From the NCBI GenBank assembly GCA_965112155.1, contig OZ218107.1: DNA of 64,000 bases; one strand, 5' to 3'. Of this stretch, positions 25,801 to 39,000 are shown in pieces (position 1 is the first letter of the stretch; each line of letters opens with the position of its first letter). Source of the DNA: Podarcis liolepis (lineage: Eukaryota). A program made the translations under genes and the position numbers. The notes below the pieces were generated by a model, which was given only the letters and a program-made list of their open reading frames with translations, was not told the DNA's origin and searched no databases.

Positions 25801-28800
25801 AAATGTCTTTTAGTTATAAAATGCCATCATTATCTCTCAAAGTAATCTGCTTCAGAAACATAAACAAGGCAAGAATGAAAAATGAAGAATGCTATAGTGA
25901 CACATGTGTATGAGACTACATGAGGGTAATGCAGAGCTCCTACCATGAGCAAAGTCTCTCCCCCACAGGAATACAACAAGAGATATTCAGAGTAGACTTC
26001 AATAAATTAATGGACATGACTAACTTAGGCTCATTAATTTCAATGGGCCTACTCTGAGTAGAACTTATCTTGACTACCATTCCATGACTTGCTGTTAACA
26101 CGCAGGCTCCTGAGGACAATGTGGCTGTTTCACTCCTCCCCAGTTACTTTTACTGCAATACCACACTAAGCTGGCTTAGCATGTTGTCAAAACCTGGGCT
26201 TGTGGTTTTGCTCTATCCAGACAAGCCACAAGCTGCAAATCAGTAACAAATCTTGTTTACAGCTTATGGTTAGCCTGTTTGTTGGAAGAGAAAAGGAGGG
26301 TGAACTGGTCCTTTATCTCAACCAGTAATACCTGCTTTAGCACTTAACTGTCTTAGTTTCTCTCCAGCTGGGTTTTCTTATAAGTGTGTAACAGAGAGTG
26401 AAACTATGCCCCCATTGGCTAAGAATGCATGGGCACTGTGCAGGATTGCAATCTCTGCTTTTGAAAAGCATTTAATTCCTGGACTACAAAATCAAAAGGT
26501 TATTGAATCTGGCTTTAAGTACTATAAGTCAAAGTTTCCAAAGCATACCTTTAAAGTTCCATCTGCTGAGCAACTAGCCACATACTTATCATCCGGTGAA
26601 AATCTGCAGTGAGTAACAGAACTACTGTGACCAAACAGTGTATTACGACACTGTTTCTTGTTCAAATCCCAGAGCTGCATATAAGAATTGGGGTTTGGGG
26701 GGGAGGGAATAGAGTAAAAAACATTTGAGTTTCTGCATAAAAAAAGTGGTTGATTCAGTTTCTATCCTCAAAATAGCCACCAGTACGAATTTCCTTTTTT
26801 GGGGGGGGGGGATGCTGCTTACAATTTTCAGTATGAACTTTCCGAATTTCCTTACCACAAACTGTTCTGCAATTTTAGAGTACAGTATTTTGTTTCGGAG
26901 AGTAAAGTTACAGACCCTATTCTATTAGTGCATTTCATTCCTTTAAATCTGTCTGCCTGCCCTTATATACAGCACCTGGACTATACAGTATACAGTATTA
27001 TGTACATATACAGTACATAAAAAACAATGACAGTTATATAAAAAGAAGTCTCAAAATATGAGATAGATTTGCAGATAAGATAGGAAGCAGTGTGGGAGTT
27101 CCTTAAAGCCCATCGAACATGAATTAAGGATTGCTGGAGCAAGCAGCAAGAAAGTAAGATGTTCAGAAGCATCAATATGCATATGCATGCATGCACGTAT
27201 TTAATAAAGCATCCTTTTCTCCCTAATTGAACCCTAAAGGCCAGCAGCAAAGTATATATGTGAAACATTTTACAAACAGTAATATAGGACAGACACTATT
27301 AAATCAATGAAAGTATATACAAATCAAATACAGAAGCCGAGCTACTTCATTTTATTACCTTCATTGTTTTAGAGAATGCCTTGAACAAACACATTATCTG
27401 ACCAATACTGTTTTTAACCTGATATCTGAAGTCAAGAAGTATTTGTGTGTCCTCAGGCAGAGTTCTATAGCCTGTGTGCCACTGCTAATAAGTTCTCTTC
27501 CCAGGTGTTTCACCACTGCAAATGGGAGAGCAGCCTGGAGTAGCCTCCCCTGACAATCAATGAGAACAGGTAGGCTCATATACGAGAGATCCTTCAGATA
27601 TCCTGGTTGAAAACAATTTATTACAAAAGTATACATGGCAAGCAGGAAGAAACTGGATATGTAATTAATGTGCAGTCCAAGCATGAAAGCCTATCAGTGA
27701 CTTCTACCGGAAACTTGGAACCGGAGAGTAATGGACATAAGGAAGCAAGTCTGTAATTCCTTCTCCTACTCTAACAAAGCCAGCAATCATGCAGAATCCA
27801 GGTGGCCTCCAGTGGCTAAGGTGAGGGATACCAAGTCTGCAGATCTGAGATAAATTTCCATGGATACTCTCACCACTACAGAGTAAGAAAGTGTACAAAT
27901 TACAACTGTAAAGTAAGTGTAACTATAAATATGAATTCTGTATTTTTTACTTACTTACTTTGACAAAAGTGTCATTTGAACATGTAGCCAATAGAAATGG
28001 GCGGTGATTTGTATTGTTAAACTGGCAGCAGTTGACCTGCTCTGCATGTTCTTCAAACACACACACAAGCTGGCCTGTTCTTGAATTCCAGACCTACAAG
28101 TAATTTTAAATAATAAAAAATAAGTGTTTGTGCCAAGTGTTTAAATAAGTGTTTTGAAATATTTTTCAAATATATATACTCTAATCAAACACTCATCTGG
28201 ACACTTGGCAAAGCTTTCTAAAACATTTTTTCTGCATGAAGTACATTTCCTGAGATCTTCACATTTCAATGATAGTGGAGAATAGTTGAAAAAAACAGTT
28301 TTAAGCATGCTACTGTGATTTGGATAACCGAGAGTTACCATAGAGTAATCAGAATGAGTTGCAGAACCTGCTTACTGGTTTGACAGGCAGCAGCGGTTGT
28401 AGCCCGGTGTGGCCGTGGGCAATGGCGGGGGGTGAGATCCTTTTGCTCTTGCACAACCAAAATATCTCCCTCATTGGCTTTGTGGGATGCTGGGAAAGTC
28501 CATGAAATTCAAATTGGCTTGGCCAATCGCAGACCACGTTTAAATTTAAACGGCCCAATCATGGGATGGTTTGGGGGTGGGTCATTCAAGGTAGACCTGA
28601 GTGAAGCCTTTTCTTGCCTAGCTTTCAAACAGGCTCATATCCTTTCTATTCAACAGCACAGTCTGCAATGAATGTCTCTCCCTCCCACCCTAAAGTTTGC
28701 CCCTTCCTGAAGGAGATGTACAGGAATTGTACAGATGGAATTTGCAGAGAACCTAGAAAGCATTATAAATATAAATAATACACTGAAATACAAATGGAAT

Positions 28801-31800
28801 GAAAGTCCAAAGCACTAAGAGTAAAAACAAAACAATTTTGTTATTTTCTAGGTGTGGGAAATAACAGCGATGTATTTAGACAGGGGAGATCTTGATTCAA
28901 ATCCTGGCTTCAATCAGTCATGAAGCTCAATGGGTTACCCTTGATCCAGTCATATCTCACCACCTAAGCTATCCTCATGGGGTTGTGGTAAGAATAAGAT
29001 GGGAATGGGTGGAAGAAGGACCATGTATCCCAACTAAACTTTCTTAGAGGGAGGGAAAGGGAGTATAAAAATGTAGTAAATGCCAGCATAAAATAAACTA
29101 CAAAGGGGGAGCAATATCTTATTATATTTGTTGATCACAAACTAACTGTGGGCAAAATGCAGCCACAAACAGGGCAAATTAAGTTCCTACATATATTAGT
29201 GTAACTAGATGTGACAGCAGCATGACTTGTTGGAACACATCATGTTGATTTAACACAGAGAAATGTGATGGCTGGGAACAGAACACCCTCACGCCCCATC
29301 ACCTCATCATACTTTCTTTTCTCTCAGAGAAGAAAGGACCTCCAGTCTGAGAAATCACCAGAACAAAGCAATAGAGAGTTTGGGGAGAAAAGCCACATCT
29401 TGTATGCTATCTTTCGACATGAAAATGCCAACCTGTACTCTAAAGGTATACATCTGTCACCATCATGTCTAAGCTGAAGCTCAGGCAAAACATGTCTAGT
29501 AGAGACAGGGAAGTGTCAATGTGATTTTAAAAATTTGGAGCACCAGTATATACTATTTGTTTAAAGATTTGTCTTGTAAACTACCATGTGAGGGTAGATA
29601 AGCCTGAAGGAAAAGTTAAAATAAATTTAAATACATTAAGCACTGATACCTTTCCGTAAGTTCCTGATTTCTTCTAAAATGCTGCACATGGCTTTACTTA
29701 TCCATGTTTCAAAAGGATCCATTCATGCTAGAACAAATTCAAAGAGCAGCAACTAAAGTTCCAATCCTAAGCACGCTGACTTGGAAGCCAGTCTCACTTG
29801 TGATCCTCCATTATCTCTTACTATTAGTCATGCTGTCTGTTGCTCATGAAAGTTGGGTGTCCAAAAGCATCTGGTGGGCCACAGGTTCCTCCTGCCTCAT
29901 CTAATGCTTCCCTTTTGGAAAGACAGAAGGACCTATAGTTCTGTTTTCTGCAGTGGCTCCCTGTTTGTGGAATGCTGTCCCCAGGCTCTGGGTGAAAAAG
30001 TTCTTCTTCAACCAGGCCTTTGGCTGATTAATATTCTGTGCCCTTTTAAATGTGTTTGTGGGAGTGGGGTTATTGTTTTGTTTTTGTTTTAACTATTTTG
30101 TGCTTTTAGTCTATACTTTTATTTTGTGAACTGCCATAAGATCTTCAGATGAAGGGCAATAGATAAATATAATAAATAATAATATAGAAGTTTCTATATA
30201 TAGAAGATACAATAAAAATACTGGGCTAATTTCAAACTTAGCGTTCCATTCATGGAAGAAATCTTTGTAAAAGACGTTTGAGCTAACCCATCCAAGTTAT
30301 TTTAAATGTATGAATTTCTCTGTTAACTACAGCCAGAAATGTAAATAGCTGTATAGGTTCAAAGGAGGATAACTGATATGTCATTTGCTTACTTTTACTT
30401 TTCTATCTGCTGAACAAGTGGCAACAAATCTGTCATCTGCTGAAAAAGTGCAACACAGCACTTCATCGTCATGAGCTTTGACTTCCAAAAGTTTTTCTCC
30501 ACTTCCAGCTTTAAACACCTACAAATGCAAATCACAGATACATTAAGTTTAAGCTATTTTAAACATAGATATTAAGGCTGTTGTGTTATTCTTTTACCAG
30601 CTGCGCTGTCCGCATAACTGAAATTTTATTAGTTTAAAAGGAAAAGGGTGGAAAGAAGAGGAAAGATGACCAGCAATATTAAATGTACACCAATATATGC
30701 CATAGAGATTTCTCCTTTTTTCAAAAATGGTTGTATTGTGTGGCTGGAAAAACTCATTGGCATGGGTAATAGTGCCACCCTGTGGTCAAAGGCAGGAAAG
30801 AAAACTAGAGGGAAGCAGGCAACTCCATGAATCCAGTTTGCATCCTTGCCAGGCTTGAACAGGTTGTTTCAACAAGCCCCAGAAAGACAAAGAGAAAAAA
30901 ATATTTATTTCCCTAACAAGAAACAATTATGTACACACCTAGAATAAATTTAAGTAATTGGAAAGCAGCCAAGAAGCTAGATGTGAGGGCCTGAGGAGCT
31001 TTGTCAATTAACACAGAATTACCATTCAGATGTGGGTGGCGCTGTGGGTTAAACCACAGAGCTTAGGACTTGTCGATCAGAAGGTTGGCGGTTTGAATCC
31101 CCACGCCGAGGTGAGGTCCCATTGCTCAGTCCCTGCTCCTGCCAACCTAGCAGTTCGAAAGCACCTCAAAGTGCAAGTAGATAAATAGTACGCTTTGGTG
31201 GGAAGGTAAATGACGTTTCCGTGTACTGCTCTGGTTTGTCAGAAGCGGCTTAGTCATGCTGGCCACATGACCCGGAAGCTGTACGCCGGCTCCCTAAGCC
31301 AATAAAGCGAGATGAGCGCTGCAACCCCAGAGTTGGCCACGACTGGACCTAATGATCAGGGGTCCCTTTACCTTTTACCATTCAGATAGGAACCAACAGT
31401 TCTTTCTCATATTGCTGGAGGACTTCATCAACATGGAGTGTACGAAAGCTCCTCAAACTTGGGTGGAATACGTGGCTACTGGAGGAAGCAAACAGCCAAA
31501 GCTTAAGTGAAGCAGGCTACGTCCTTCTCCCAGCCAGGTGGAAGGAGAGGGGAGAACATATGATTCCCAGCAAAGCCTGTGTGTAGTACACACTGGCTGT
31601 GTTTACATGTCATGCTGAACCATAGTTTAGCACTGGGGAGGCTAACCTGCAGCTCTCCAGATGTCGCTGAATTACAATTCCTATCAGGCTTTGCCAGTAT
31701 TGTCAATGACCAAGAATTATAGGAGTTGTAGTCCAGCAGCTTCTGGAAGGCCACAGGGTAAGGTACTGCTAATTTAGCAGCAATTAAACTAGAGCTTGCA

Positions 31801-33134
31801 TGCTCAAGATAGAGTTCAGAAGCGTTCACTTCTGTTTTAGCTTAACAATAGCTTGCTGTGTCATCCAAACCAAAAAATCATGGCTAATCTTAATTGTGGT
31901 TCATTTTAAGCAAACCAGCTAAAAATATACCCATATGTATCTTACCTGCAGCATTTTATCAGCTCCACATGAAGCTATTCTTTGTCTATCCTGGGAAAAA
32001 CAAGCATGGTAAACAGCATCTGTATGTGGACGCACAACCAAACGGTACATGTTCTTCATGGATTTTTTATTTCTATATTATAAAAAACACACAATATTTT
32101 AGTTTGTATATTTCTGGGGGGAAATTTAAAACATATTTCAGGCAACAATATATATTACCAAATTTTGTTTTTGGAAGAACAGTCACTCACTGAAATATTT
32201 ATTGTTCTTTTAACACATATATTGTTTCTTCATCAACAGGTTATTATTTCAAAACTGCCTTGCAAATTTCATCAATTTCCAACATAACTTTAATTTCCTT
32301 CCACATCATCATCATCTAGTTGCTCTTTTAAGTTCACAAGTGGACATTGTTATTTGAATTATATTTGTTTGCATTTTAACTAAGAGCCCAGCTGACACAA
32401 TACCAAAAGATGCATGTTTCATCGCCACACACAGGAGTATTGTAAGCTGCCTTGTACTCAGTTAAATCCTTGGTGCATCTAGCTACGTATACCTTAACAG
32501 GCAGTGGCTCCCTAGGAGTTTCAAACAGAGGTCTTTCCCAGCCCTACCTGGCAGTAACAGGGATTGAACTGAGACCTTTTGCACATCAAAAGGCAAACAC
32601 TGCTGGTTTCTGCTCAACTTTTATAAATCATGCATGCACAAACACTTCTGTACAGCACTGGGGTAAAAATTGTATAGACATTTATATTTTGGGGGACTGA
32701 TTCGGACAGAATATTATTCATAGGTAAAAATGCATCTGCTTACATCCATTCCACATAAAACGCTCCTTTCTCAACTTCTTGCTGAGCTTTTAGTTTTGCT
32801 TGCCGATAGACTTCTGAACTTTCTGGCTGACATAGACCCAGCTGTACAATGTCTGGAAATGGTTGCCGCCCAAGGAGGTGCCCATTTAAGGATAGAAATT
32901 CCTGGAAGTTTTCACGTGCAATGGCATCCTGTGAACAATATATATCTTATCATAAAGAAAAGTGAACCTGGACAGTATATAAAAAGAGAGGCTGCTGGAA
33001 GTAGCAAGCATCATCCTGTAATAAGGAGGAAGCTAGACTAGATGAGGCCCCTCAAACATTTTCTGACTCTTACCCTTTGCCTCTTTCCTCACTCCTAGTT
33101 CTGTTTTCTAACATTGCTGAAATTCTGATTGCAA

Positions 33135-33201
<67 letters not shown>

Positions 33202-35966
33202 ATATAGTTTGTAAAAATTTGCAAAGCACCATGTCAACTGCATAAAACAATAATCTATATTGTGATCAGCTTCTAGCAAGATGCCTTGAAGCATTTAAAT
33301 ACCGTATTTTTCGCTCTATAGGGCGCCCCGGACCATAGGGCGCACCTAGGTTTTTTTTTGGGGGGGGGGATAAAGAAAAAAAAAATATTTTCCCCCTGAG
33401 CCCCGAAGACCAAAGAAGCCAAGACAGCCAGCTCTTTAGCTGCGCACAACCTCTCCAGCCAGGAGAGGCTGCGCGTGGCTTTGGCACGCTGTCTTGGCTT
33501 TGTTTTTAGCCGCGGGGCTAGGGCGGGGGAAGCCCGAGCTTCCCCCAACCACAGCCCCCAGAACGGGTCCGGGAGCGAGGTTGCGGGCAACCTCGCCTTC
33601 GCTCCCGGAGCTTGCTGATATCCGCAAGCCTTCAGCCGAAGGCTTGCGAATAGCTGCCCAAAGCCCGGGGTGCGCAGCGCTGCACTCCCTGGGCTTCGGG
33701 CCACAGGCTGCTATTTGCAAGCCTTCAAAGCCCAGCGGGCACTCCCGCTGCGCTCCGAAGGCTTGTGGATAGCTTCCTGAAGCCTGCATTCGCTCCATAG
33801 GGTGCACACACATTTGCCCTTCATTTTTGGAGGGGGAAAAGTGCATCCTATAGAGCGAAAAATACGGTACCTTATGTTCAGGAATGAAGCAAATCACACT
33901 AATTCTGCTAAACAAAACTAGATTAGTGGGAGTCTAGTGGAGCTAGCTGATCAGAAGGGTAAATGGGACAAATGTTTAAACTGGGATGTTAGACACTTGA
34001 CAATATAAATGGAATGCATCAGATCCTCCAAACTCTTTCTGTTACCTCAGTTACTAATATAATCAGAATCGGTTTCTTTTCACAAATGCAGATATACTAT
34101 CTCTAAAGTCTTTAAAATGTCACCTGTTCCACACAAGGCAGAATTATCAAATATGCCAAAACTTGGATAAGTTATCACAACAAACTTATCTTTAAGTGAA
34201 AGAAGAAGTGCAAGTCATGCGAAGTATAGTTGCTAATTTCTCACAGTATACCTTTTCATCCAATATTTGACTGTATTCAGCATATTCATGAATTAAATGA
34301 GCAGGTCCTACCAATTCTGTTTTGGTTTTAATCCAGTCTAGTGAAAACATGAGAGCACAGAGTTCCTAGAATAAGAAAAATTCTGTAAGTAAATAGTCCT
34401 GTTTGTAAGCTACACTTATTGCTATTTGAAACTGTTACTTAGCTTTGCATTTTCAGAAGAATAAACTTCCTTTCTATTATAATGTTCCAAAATTTCTTTA
34501 TAAAGTGATAACACTTTGGAAACATTAACAACCATGCACTGTTGCACATTCTTTCATTATTTAACAGATTAGCTAATGCTTTTTCAGATCAATCTCTTAC
34601 ACATCTAAAAATGAATATTTTTCTTGGCATGCTTTTTCCTATTTCCACAAAACAAGATGAATTGTTACCATTCAATTCACCATGTAATTATGGTAAGATC
34701 TTCGAACACCTGTATTGTGTTTCTGCTGCCATTTTATTTAAGGAGCGCATTCTTTAAGGAATGCAAACCAGACCACTAAGCAAAACCATGTCTAAGTGTA
34801 AACAAGCAGTGGTGAGGGTACTGAAGAGGAGAAATGTGACTGCTTTGCTCATCTCCCAGTCCTACTGCTGCTGTGTAACCCAGACTAAGCCATGGTTTGT
34901 CTAGTGGAGACATAACACAAAGCCAAAAACATTGCAAGGAGGAGCAAAGCAAATAGAGTTTTCCTCTGAGCACCTGCAAACTTGCTTATTCATGCATAGC
35001 AATAGTTTGACTTACTGTTACCTGAAAGAATTTGCAGTTATATATCCTTTTTCATTAAATTAAGCTTTTTTAGTGTTCAATGAGAAAAAAAGAATTGAGA
35101 ATTTAAAAATACCTTATGCTGTTTTATGTATATTATTGTATTTTAGGTAATTTTTATCATTGTTTTATATCTATTTTAACCTTTGTTTTGGGAGTTGCTT
35201 TGAATTCAGTTTTTGAAAGAAGCAACTAAATAATAATAAACAACCACACTTCCCTTATATGCAGAAGATTAATATAAGTGCAGACTTACATTGTGCATAT
35301 TGGCACTTGCCATATGGTAAGCCAGAAAATTATACCAGTACATGCAGTCTTCTTGTGATGGTATATACTGTTTATAACATTTCTTGTATTGATCAACTAC
35401 TTTTTTATGTAGTGCCTGAAAAACACAATGCAATTGTTAATCTTGGTCTGAATTTATCCTTTATGTAGTCATTTTATTGAATTAAAATAACTGAAGCTGT
35501 CCTATTGCTACAAGTATACACAGGGTTGATAATTTCACCCTCGTACCTGTGGGACTGCCTCTCCTGGTATGCCCCACAGAGAAACTTACAGTCTTCAAAT
35601 AAAAACATCTTGAAGGTCCCAGGCCACAGAGAAGTTAGGCTGGCCTCAACTAGAGCCAGGGCTTTTTCGGCTGTGGCTCCGATCTGGTGGAACACTCTGT
35701 CACAAGAGACCACGGCGCTGCAGGACTTGACATCTTTCTGCCTGCAAGACACAGCTGTTCCACCAGGCCTTTGGCCAGGGCACAGCCTGACTCCCTCCCT
35801 TGGCAATCTTCACGGAGCTCTGGCCCAATGGTTGCCAGTGGCTTGAATTAATTAATTTCATAATGAATTATTTTAGAGTGTTGGTTATGCTGTACTTTTG
35901 TACTGTTTTATTGTTGTTAGCCGCCCTGAGCCCGGCTTCGGCTGGGGAGGGCGGGATATAAATAAA

Positions 35967-36023
<57 letters not shown>

Positions 36024-39000
36024 TGCCCCGCTCACCATGATGATAGGGGAGCCAGGATCTGGTCAATGTACAAGAAGACACTGAAGTTGGAGCTATAAGC
36101 ATACTGATATGCTGCCTCTTTCCACCTTAAGCTCAGATCTGAGAAGGAAAATGTTCGGGTTTCCCTCCTTGCCCAAATGGTACTCCAAGCGTGCACAAAC
36201 CACTGCAGCTCCAACCTTCCTACAGCGAAGAATTGGAGACAGGAGGATCTGAACCTGAAGGGTGCTCTGGGCTCAGTGTGTCCATTAGCTGCGTAGGTTG
36301 AGCAAGCTGATACACTTCCATCTCCCCCTTCAGTTTTGTAGCAATATATTCAATGTCAAAATCAAATTAAAGAATTAGAATTGTAGAGTTGGAAGGGACT
36401 CTGCTGGTCATCTAGTTCAACCCTCTGCAATGCAGAAAATCCGCAATCCTAGACAGCCATAGAATTGGACAGAGGGCAAAAGGGCAAACAGCCAACCACA
36501 TTTTAGAAGGTGTTTTGTTTTTTTACTACAGTTGATTACTCAGCAGAACTGACAAGCCACTCACCCATCCTTCCTGCACATGGCTGTCAAAGGGCCAACC
36601 TAGTTGATATGTTAAATGAATGCACTGGACATATGTGGTTTTTGTTATTTCAATAGCAGCTACCAGAGAGGGGGTTGATACACCATGACGGCACAACAAA
36701 GCATACCCACCCTGCTGCTGAATTGCAGCCAAAGGCTTCAATCCAATACAATAGCATACTCCAAGTTTCTAGGTAACCTAGTCTCTCAAATGACTACAAT
36801 GTGAGAAGCAGCTTGTGTAGTGAGGGATGAATAATCAGAAAGACCTGTCCCAACATTGAAATCAACAAAGGATCCACAAAGTTTTCTCCCAAGCATATAA
36901 AGCCACTAGACCGAGCTTTTAAAATCCATCTTCCCCCACCCATTTTAGTATCATTTCCCAATATTTCTGAAATATTAAGTGCTTTCACAAAACAAGCTAA
37001 AAATATGCTCCAAAGATAACATAGTACTTTCCCCTATAAGGAAGACAATTTTTAATAACCCTAAAAAGCAAATAAAACACTTTTTTCATTTCAAACACTT
37101 GAGGAAATTCAGAAGAATTTAATTTTTAGATACTTCGGTTTGATTATTAGCAAATATAAATAGATTCCTCAAGATACTCCCTCCTCTTGGACTTTGCTCT
37201 GCTAAGGAATGGGAAGCATGCAAATTATTGTGTCATACAATAAACCTGCCAATGTCATATAGTGCCACTATTAATCTAACTAAGCATTTTACGTTGTGCT
37301 GTATCAAAATAGCTTTAAAAGTTGAATTAGTATTCAATTAAGAAATTAGTACTGATGGATATCTAACTGTACAACTAGCAATTTAAATAAGAAGATTTTG
37401 AACACTGCGTAAGTACATTTTTAAGCTATGTCTAATTCTTATATAAGTCACCATTAGAAATTCAGAAGCATACTTGAAGCTGAGAGCGATTCTTCTCTGT
37501 TAGAAAGTCAAGCTGGAGATCATGCAAGTAATACTGGAATGATTTTCCATTCCGATCACAGAACAGGAGAGATTTGTTAACAAATTCTTGCAGTATGTCT
37601 TCAGCTTCCTCTGTCTCCAGATCCCAAAGAATACAGAATACCTGAAGTGCATTTTGAAACAAATAATTGGTCAAGTAGCAAATACTTTTGCTGATAATCT
37701 AATTCAGAATTTAAAATATGCAAATGAATCAAATTTCTATGCAACCAAAGAAAACCAATGAAATCCATAAAGTTTTCCTACGTATCAATGGGAAGAGCCA
37801 TTTTCAGCAAGGGGAGCACATTCCATCATAAGGAAACCTCTGGAGGCTGTATGTCAGTGGTAGATGGGACCAGAGGCAGAAATTGGTAGAGCAACTGTTA
37901 AGAGTCTTACCTTTGTACACTAGACTACATTCCAAGCATGAAAAATAAGGTTTCTTTCTCTCTCCCCCCGCCCTGCCCCAATCCTCCATCAGGCAAACAA
38001 AAGGCATCATCACAGTTCTAAGGTCAATTCCAAGTCAGGTAGAAACACCAGTGCGAGGCTCAGAAAGCGTCCTTCAGATGGCATTCAATGCAGCAGTCAG
38101 GCAAAAATGTTTCCGTAAAGGATAATTCCCCACGCCTCCTCCCTAGTGAAGGCCCCTAATGAAGTTTCTTCTGAGGGTCCTGGATCTTGCTAATATCAGT
38201 AGAAGCCTTAAGCACGTACTTCTACTACAGTGGTACCTCGGGTTAAGAACTTAATTCGTTCCGGAGGTCCGTTCTTAACCTGAAACTGTTCTTAACCTGA
38301 GGTACCACTTAAGCCAATGGGGCCTCCAGCATGATTTCTGTTCTCATCCTGAAGCAAAGTTCTTAACCCGAGGTACTATTTTTGAGTTAACGGAGTCTGT
38401 AACCTGAAGCATCTGTAACCTGAAGCATCTGTAACCTGAGGTACCACTGTACTAATTTTATTATTTATACCCTGCCCATCTGACTGGGATGCCTGGGTCC
38501 CAGCATATATAAAAACATAGTAGAACATTAAACCTTAAAAAGCTTCCCTATACAGGCCTGCCTTCAGATGTTTCCTAAATGTTATATAATTACTCATCTC
38601 CTTAAATCTGATGGAAGGGTGTTCCACAGGGTGGGCGCCACTACTGAGAAGGCTCTCTGCTTTAACTCTCTCAATTATATTTAAAATTAGTATGAATTGT
38701 TCCCACTACATAGAAACAAAATTGTACAAATATACATATAATTTTTATGAGAATCTGTGAGCTATTTTTCCAACTGCTTTTTCCAAGTACTAATATTTAA
38801 TTATAAAATTTGGTATTATTAAGAAAATATATGTACGGTACTACTTTTGACATCTTTATCCTAATGTTTAACTAGTGCTCCACTCTATATCAATGCAGAA
38901 GCAATTTTAAGAACTGTTCCAACAGTTGATACCCCTAGCAGCTGCATAATGCCCACCACCCTGTGAGCAAACAGGCAAGCACTTCTGAAACAATCCGACC

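Noticed and set aside
33273-33915. 143- and 159-aa ORFs as a transposase
   Set aside because: They lie within a 566-bp non-autonomous element; GC-rich open frames with no DDE/D or HTH motifs.
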